DNA of 64,000 bases, from NCBI GenBank assembly GCA_965213705.1, contig OZ243913.1, positions 3,968,001-4,032,000 of the forward strand, in the 5' to 3' direction. The position numbers and the translations under genes were made by a program. How positions within the stretch are numbered: position 1 is the first letter of the stretch; each line of letters opens with the position of its first letter. A model generated the notes under the pieces. It had not been told where the DNA came from and ran no database searches. It saw only the letters and a list, made by a program, of their open reading frames with translations. This DNA is from Trueperaceae bacterium. GTDB taxonomy: Bacteria; Deinococcota; Deinococci; Deinococcales; Trueperaceae. Below are positions 58,963 to 64,000 of this stretch, in pieces.

Positions 58963-59748
58963 ATGGCAAGTCGAGTTCTAACGCAGACCAACAACGACGT
59001 TCTCAGGCAAATCGTCAACATCTTCGCGCTCGGGGCAGTGCTGACCGTGAACGTGCTGTCAAACGCCCTACCCATCAACGGGCGCACCGCGGGCGAGATT
59101 TCCGACGCTTACCCCAGCCTCGTCACCCCGGCGGGTTACGTGTTCAGCATTTGGGGGCTCATCTACACGCTGCTCATCGTGTTCGTCGTCTACCAGGCAC
59201 TACCCGCACAGAAAGACAACCCCAGGTTAGAGCGTCTGGGCTACATGTTCGCGTTGAGCTGCGCCTGCAACTTTTTCTGGATTTTTGCCTGGCACTACGG
59301 CGTGGTTTGGCTCAGCGAACTGTTGATGTTGGGGCTGCTCGCTTCGCTGATTGTGTGCTACAACCGGCTCGGCATCGGCAAGACGGAGGTGTCCGCCGCT
59401 GAAAAATGGGCGGTGCGGTTGGCCTTTAGCGTTTATTTGGGCTGGATTACCGTGGCGACGATTGCCAACACGACGGTGCTACTGCTCGAGTGGGGTGTCG
59501 AGGGCGGCTGGCTCGCGCCGGTTTGGGCGGTCATCGTCATAGGGGTTGCGGCCGCCATCGGCCTGCTCGTGTTGCGGCGGCGCGGCGACGTGCCTTACAG
59601 CCTCGTTTTAGTGTGGGCGTTTTTCGGCATCGCGGTCAGCCAGTGGGGTGCCGAAGCTTTCGTGGTCATCACGGCGCTCGTGGCGGCGGGTGTGCTGGCG
59701 GTGTTGGCTTACCGACGCATCAGAGAACCGAAAAGCGTGGCGGTTTAG
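58963..59748 (+). CDS. TspO/MBR-related tryptophan-rich membrane protein
   Basis: TPAGYVFSIWGLIY, FSVYLGWITVATIAN; GGAGG SD. Confidence 0.85.
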   Translation: MASRVLTQTNNDVLRQIVNIFALGAVLTVNVLSNALPINGRTAGEISDAYPSLVTPAGYVFSIWGLIYTLLIVFVVYQALPAQKDNPRLERLGYMFALSCACNFFWIFAWHYGVVWLSELLMLGLLASLIVCYNRLGIGKTEVSAAEKWAVRLAFSVYLGWITVATIANTTVLLLEWGVEGGWLAPVWAVIVIGVAAAIGLLVLRRRGDVPYSLVLVWAFFGIAVSQWGAEAFVVITALVAAGVLAVLAYRRIREPKSVAV

Positions 59749-60321
59749 AATCCGAGACTGCAGCCACGCCTTAGCTACGTCACGGCTGCGTCACGTTCAC
59801 CAGGTTCGAAGTGTTTTATCTGCAACGAGGTAAAACGCTCGAGCACCTTGATCAAGCTCACGTACCGACCCTTGTCACCGACGACGGCCGCTTTTTCAAC
59901 GTCTTTTATACGGACTCCGATACCACAGCTAATTAAACTCAAAGGGGTTTTTCGGCTCCTTGTCTTCAGGTTGCGACAGTTTCTTCTCGCTCCGCTCAGG
60001 TTGACAGAGGTCATGAACTGGAAAGGGTATGAGGTGTTTGGCGTCGTACTTCAGGTCTTCCCACAGCGCACCCGCTCGCGCCCCTTGGTGATGCGCTCCA
60101 CCGCCTCGATGATGGGTTGGTAGTCGTCCTTGTCGATCCTGCCGTCGGGTTCGTGCTCCACAGTGACCACGGGAACCTCCTTCAGGCGCAAATTTGTTCC
60201 AACCGTAAGACGAGGCTTGCAACCGAGAACGTGGGTTTGGCGGGTTCTGTAGAAAATTTTGAGAAAACCAAGTTCAAAAATAGGCAAAAAAAGAAGCGCC
60301 TCGTAAGCGCTGATAAAAAGT

Positions 60322-60350
60322 AGTATAGCCCGATATACGCTATTCGTCAA
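60322..60350 (-). promoter_or_regulatory. Near-consensus sigma70 promoter
   Basis: TTGACG-17-TATACT on the minus strand. Confidence 0.6.
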
Positions 60351-60663
60351 GAGGTTGCACTGTTGACCGGACAAAAGTCTGTAATAGTCCTTTTCCCAGA
60401 ACCTGAGAAGCCCAGTCCCTACGCGTACAAACCTGACGCCTCAAAAATTTTTCCAGAATACCCGTCCATAACGGTACAAATTGAGTTTCGTTTTCTTTTC
60501 TAACCCACGCAAGTCGTCTTAAATCGACGGAACCGTCAACGATTTGCAGGCGTTCAGCAGTCGTAGTCACGGCCCAGGGTTTAGGGTCGGTCAGCGGGAA
60601 GAAGCGAGCGCCCAGTTTACCCGGCAACACCACTTCTTGCCGCAGTCACGCTATAGTCTAGCC

Positions 60664-60999
60664 ATGAGCGACGCTTCCAACCTACCCGAAGTAAGTTCCA
60701 CCGAAGCCCAAAAAAGTCTCGAGAACGGCGCTGTTTTGGTCGATGTACGCGAACAAAACGAGTACACTGAAATCCGTATTCCCGGCAGCCTGCTCATCCC
60801 CTTGTCGGTTTTTGCCGAGCGGTTCGGGGAATTGCCCAAGGACAAACCCCTCGTCATGCAGTGCCGCAGCGGCGCGCGCAGCGCCAAGGCCGCCGAATAC
60901 CTGCTGGCGAACGGCTATACCGACGTGACCAACCTGACCGGCGGTATTTTGGCCTGGGACGAAGCGGGTTTGCCGGTTTTGCGGGGCGAAGAAAGATAA
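60664..60999 (+). CDS. Rhodanese-like protein
   Basis: DVRE..EY, CRSGARS, GGILAW; leaderless TATAGT-6-ATG. Confidence 0.92.
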   Translation: MSDASNLPEVSSTEAQKSLENGAVLVDVREQNEYTEIRIPGSLLIPLSVFAERFGELPKDKPLVMQCRSGARSAKAAEYLLANGYTDVTNLTGGILAWDEAGLPVLRGEER

Positions 61000-61000
61000 A

Positions 61001-61026
61001 ACAGGGAAGGGTCACGCCTTCCCTGT
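61001..61026. terminator. Hairpin between convergent rhodanese and nuoN
   Basis: acagggaagg-gtcacg-ccttccctgt. Confidence 0.7.
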
Positions 61027-61035
61027 AGGTTGCGC

Positions 61036-62496
61036 TTAGAACCCGGCGACGACCCGCTGACCGGCGTCCAAAAGACCGTACCAGAACCCCGGAAACACGC
61101 CCAAAAACACCGTGGCGACGGCGGCGACGCCGATAGCCCAGCGCGTCATGGTGCTGTTTGTACGCGGAGGCTCATACTCGGGCTCGCGGAAATACATGTA
61201 GACGACCGGCCGAATATAATACACGACCGCGACGACGCTCGTAAGAATTGCCAGCACCGCCAGCGCCACGTAGCCCGACTGAATCGCCGCTTGGAACACG
61301 AGAACCTTACTTACAAAACCGGCAAACAAGGGAATTCCCGCCAGGCTGAGCAAAAAGATGGTCAGCGCCGCGGCCAAACCGGGCCGGGTGCGGCCCATAC
61401 CCGACAAGCGCTCCACGGAGTCTCCGTGGTCGTTGTTGTCGGTAACAAGGGTCAGTACCGCAAACGCTCCGGCCGTCATCAAGGTATAGGCGGTCAGGTA
61501 CCAGATCGCCGCACGTATACCGACGGGACTCGAGGCCAGCACCGCCAGCCCCAGGTAGCCTGCGTGCGCGACCGCCGAATAAGCGAGCATCCGTTTTACG
61601 CCTTGCTGCATCAGGGCGGAAAAGTTGCCGATAATCAGCGTCAGCACGACAAGCGCGACGAGGGCTTGTGCCACCACCGGCGGCAACCCCGTAAAGAAAG
61701 TCCCGAACACGCGCAGCAGCGCGCCGAACGCGGCCGTCTTGACGACCACGCCCATAAACGCCGTAACCGGCGTGGGCGCACCGGTATAGACGTCCGGTGC
61801 CCACTGGTGAAAGGGCGCGAGGGCGACCTTGAACCCCAAACCACCCAGGATCAACATGCCGCCCAACAACGCGTAAAAACCGTTGCCGAAGCCGACCCCG
61901 AGGTAAGCCAGCGCGATGTCGCCATACACAAAGCTGCCCGACGCGCCGTAGGTGAGGGCGATACCGTAAATCAGAAAGGCCGAGGCGAACGCGCCCAACA
62001 AAAAGTACTTCATGCCCGCCTCTTCGCTCTCGCGGGCGCCCTGCCGCCAAGCGGAGAGGACGTAGACCGGCAAAGACATGATTTCTAGTCCCAGCAGCAG
62101 CGTAATCAGGTCGCCCGCCGCTACCATCACCATTGCGCCACAGGCGCTCAGCAGCAGCAGCGGGTAGTATTCGGGCTGGTCGAGGCCGGTGCGCTCTAAA
62201 TAGTCGTAGCTCATCAGCATCGCCAACGTAAGCCCGATGAGAATAACGAAATTAAAGGCCAGCGCGGGCGTGTCGGCCAAAAAGCGCAGACCGAAGCTGG
62301 TGACGTACACCCCCGTCACCCGCCCCGCCGCGAACAAGTCCAGGTTGAAAATCGCGGCGAGCGCGATGCCGACGAAGCTGAAGCCCGCCACCACGCGGCC
62401 GTCGTCTTGAAACAGCGCGATGAGGAGCGTCGTGGCGGCGACGAGAAACAAGCTCAGCACGGGGGCAAAGGCGAGCCAGTTGAGGTCCAGGGGCAT
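61036..62496 (-). CDS. nuoN: NADH-quinone oxidoreductase subunit N
   Basis: EAGMKYFLLG, PFHQWAPDVYTGAPTP, KRMLAYS. Confidence 0.95.
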   Translation of the reverse strand: MPLDLNWLAFAPVLSLFLVAATTLLIALFQDDGRVVAGFSFVGIALAAIFNLDLFAAGRVTGVYVTSFGLRFLADTPALAFNFVILIGLTLAMLMSYDYLERTGLDQPEYYPLLLLSACGAMVMVAAGDLITLLLGLEIMSLPVYVLSAWRQGARESEEAGMKYFLLGAFASAFLIYGIALTYGASGSFVYGDIALAYLGVGFGNGFYALLGGMLILGGLGFKVALAPFHQWAPDVYTGAPTPVTAFMGVVVKTAAFGALLRVFGTFFTGLPPVVAQALVALVVLTLIIGNFSALMQQGVKRMLAYSAVAHAGYLGLAVLASSPVGIRAAIWYLTAYTLMTAGAFAVLTLVTDNNDHGDSVERLSGMGRTRPGLAAALTIFLLSLAGIPLFAGFVSKVLVFQAAIQSGYVALAVLAILTSVVAVVYYIRPVVYMYFREPEYEPPRTNSTMTRWAIGVAAVATVFLGVFPGFWYGLLDAGQRVVAGF

Positions 62497-63965
62497 CAGC
62501 GGTCACCTCTCGCAAACACGTTGGGGACGTTCGAGGCGTCAAGACCTACGACCGCCACGCGCGACTGCACTTCGATACGCTGCAACTGCGGGGCCGGGTT
62601 GAGGCCGAACCAGAGAATGCCCGCGATAATAGGAACCAGGACGACAACTTCCAAACTGCGCAAGTCCGGCACCGCCTCACCCGCCTGACCTTGGTAAAGA
62701 CGCTGGTAAAGGTTGACCCCGTAAACGCCGGCCGCGATGACCGACGTGGTCGCCAGCACCGTCCAAAACAAGGTCCAGGCGCCGCCCGCTTGAAACGTGC
62801 CCATCAGGCTCATAAATTCGCCCGGAAAGTTTGCCAGGCCCGGTACGCCGATGCTTGTAAACAGCACGAACAAGCTCAGTGCGGCTAAGGCGGGGGCGGT
62901 TTTGGCTATTCCGCCGTAGGCGTCCAGGTCGAAAGTTTGCCGCCGCTCGTACAACATCCCGCTGATGAGGAACATCCCGCCCGTCGAGAGCATCTGCGCG
63001 GCCAACAAAAACACCGCGCCGGAAAGCCCCGCCAGTTGCAAGCCGAAAATCCCTACCCCGACGATGCCCATGTGGGACAGCGAGGCGTAGGCGAGCAAGC
63101 GTTTCAGGTTCGTCTGCGTCGTAGCGATGGTCGCGGCGTAAAGGGCGGTAAACGCCGCCAGCGCCAGGAGAATCGGCGCGACGACGAGGGCCGCGTCCGG
63201 CAACAGCGGCATGGCCCAGGCGAAAAAGCCGAAGCCGCCCACCTTGTAGAGCGTGCCCGCCACGTCGGCCACGCCCGAAGGGTGGTTCTGCTCGTGAAAG
63301 TCCGGCAGCCACGAGTGCAAGGGCCACAGCGGCAACTTCACGGCAAAAGCCAGGGTGAAACCGACGAACAGCCACACCTGCGTGCCCAAGGGCAAAGTCG
63401 GCGTGACCAGCAGCAAGTCTTCCAGGCGGTAACTTACCGCGCCCGACAGCGGTTTGATAGCCAGCATGGCGACGAGCATCAAAAACGAACCCGTAACCGC
63501 GTAAAGAAGATACTTCACCGCCGCCCGCCGCCGTTCCGGTCCGCCCCAAACCCCCAGCATGAGCACGCTGGGGATAAGCGTCGCTTCCCAAAACAGGTAG
63601 AAAACGACCAAGTCCTTCGCCAGAAAAAGGCCGTTCAACCCGGCCTGCATCCCAAGGAGCAAGCCCAGAAACGGCCCGACCCGCTCGGTGAGTTTGGCGC
63701 TTGCGTACAGAACAGCCGGAATCATCACAAGGGCGGCGACGGGAACGAGCACGCTCGCCGCACCCGCCGGGTTCAGTTCGAAATAGGTGTTGAAGCCGGG
63801 TATCCAGAGCACGCTCACGCCGCCGTCGCCTGTCAAAAAGAGGGCCAACCCAAAGGTGAGAACCGTACTTAACAGCGCCACACCGTCGGCGATTTGGCGA
63901 CTTCTTGCAAAAGCGGCCAGCAGTGCGCCCGCCAAAGGAACGGCCAAGACGAGCAGCGAAATCAC
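62496..63965 (-). CDS. nuoM: NADH-quinone oxidoreductase subunit M
   Basis: FYLFWE, KLPLWPLHSWLP, LLAYASLSHMG, NFPGEF. Confidence 0.95.
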   Translation of the reverse strand: MISLLVLAVPLAGALLAAFARSRQIADGVALLSTVLTFGLALFLTGDGGVSVLWIPGFNTYFELNPAGAASVLVPVAALVMIPAVLYASAKLTERVGPFLGLLLGMQAGLNGLFLAKDLVVFYLFWEATLIPSVLMLGVWGGPERRRAAVKYLLYAVTGSFLMLVAMLAIKPLSGAVSYRLEDLLLVTPTLPLGTQVWLFVGFTLAFAVKLPLWPLHSWLPDFHEQNHPSGVADVAGTLYKVGGFGFFAWAMPLLPDAALVVAPILLALAAFTALYAATIATTQTNLKRLLAYASLSHMGIVGVGIFGLQLAGLSGAVFLLAAQMLSTGGMFLISGMLYERRQTFDLDAYGGIAKTAPALAALSLFVLFTSIGVPGLANFPGEFMSLMGTFQAGGAWTLFWTVLATTSVIAAGVYGVNLYQRLYQGQAGEAVPDLRSLEVVVLVPIIAGILWFGLNPAPQLQRIEVQSRVAVVGLDASNVPNVFARGDR

Positions 63966-64000
63966 GACAGCACCCCGCTTAGGGCGACGACGAGAACGAG
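63962..64000 (-). CDS. nuoL: Probable 3' end of nuoL (partial)
   Basis: Hydrophobic LVLVVALSGVLS* whose stop overlaps the nuoM GTG; assigned by operon order only. Confidence 0.55.
   Translation of the reverse strand, partial: LVLVVALSGVLS

Noticed and set aside
1..64000. tRNA, rRNA, prophage, integrase or DdrO/RDRM sites
   Set aside because: None recognised by eye; a covariance-model or motif search would be needed to exclude them formally.

Overview
A GC-rich (~60-65%, estimated by eye) bacterial chromosomal segment, most likely Deinococcota (Trueperales-like). This rests on MutS2, an archaeal-type non-discriminating AspRS, many DinB paralogs and many apparently leaderless genes. Housekeeping genes: mutS2 (3' part), lepB, aspS, era, mfd, rsmI, nuoN, nuoM and the 3' end of nuoL. 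Accessory blocks: (i) a SorC-regulated ulaG/ABC transporter/ulaD/PfkB-kinase operon that looks like PTS-independent ascorbate or sugar-acid catabolism; (ii) a xylose-type ABC transporter divergent from a CRTAC1/ASPIC-UnbV gene; (iii) a TetR-cupin-YceI unit; (iv) two diguanylate cyclases; (v) toxin-antitoxin loci (one with a frameshifted toxin, one intact, one DUF433 relic); (vi) an IS5-derived MITE next to an AT-rich orphan and a cmoM-like pseudogene; (vii) a 12-gene DinB/VOC/GyrI detoxification array followed by a LexA-like gene. Best new signal: an unannotated, complete ribosome-mediated attenuator upstream of the ND-AspRS, made of a consensus promoter, an 18-aa Asn/Asp-containing leader peptide, an antiterminator and a terminator. 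Other signals: a window-wide CTCGAG excess with GATC avoidance, an ATC start codon on the TetR gene, a repeat-containing uORF coupled to a TPR-GGDEF gene, and several REP/MITE repeat families. All calls come from reading the sequence and recalling protein motifs; no searches were run.
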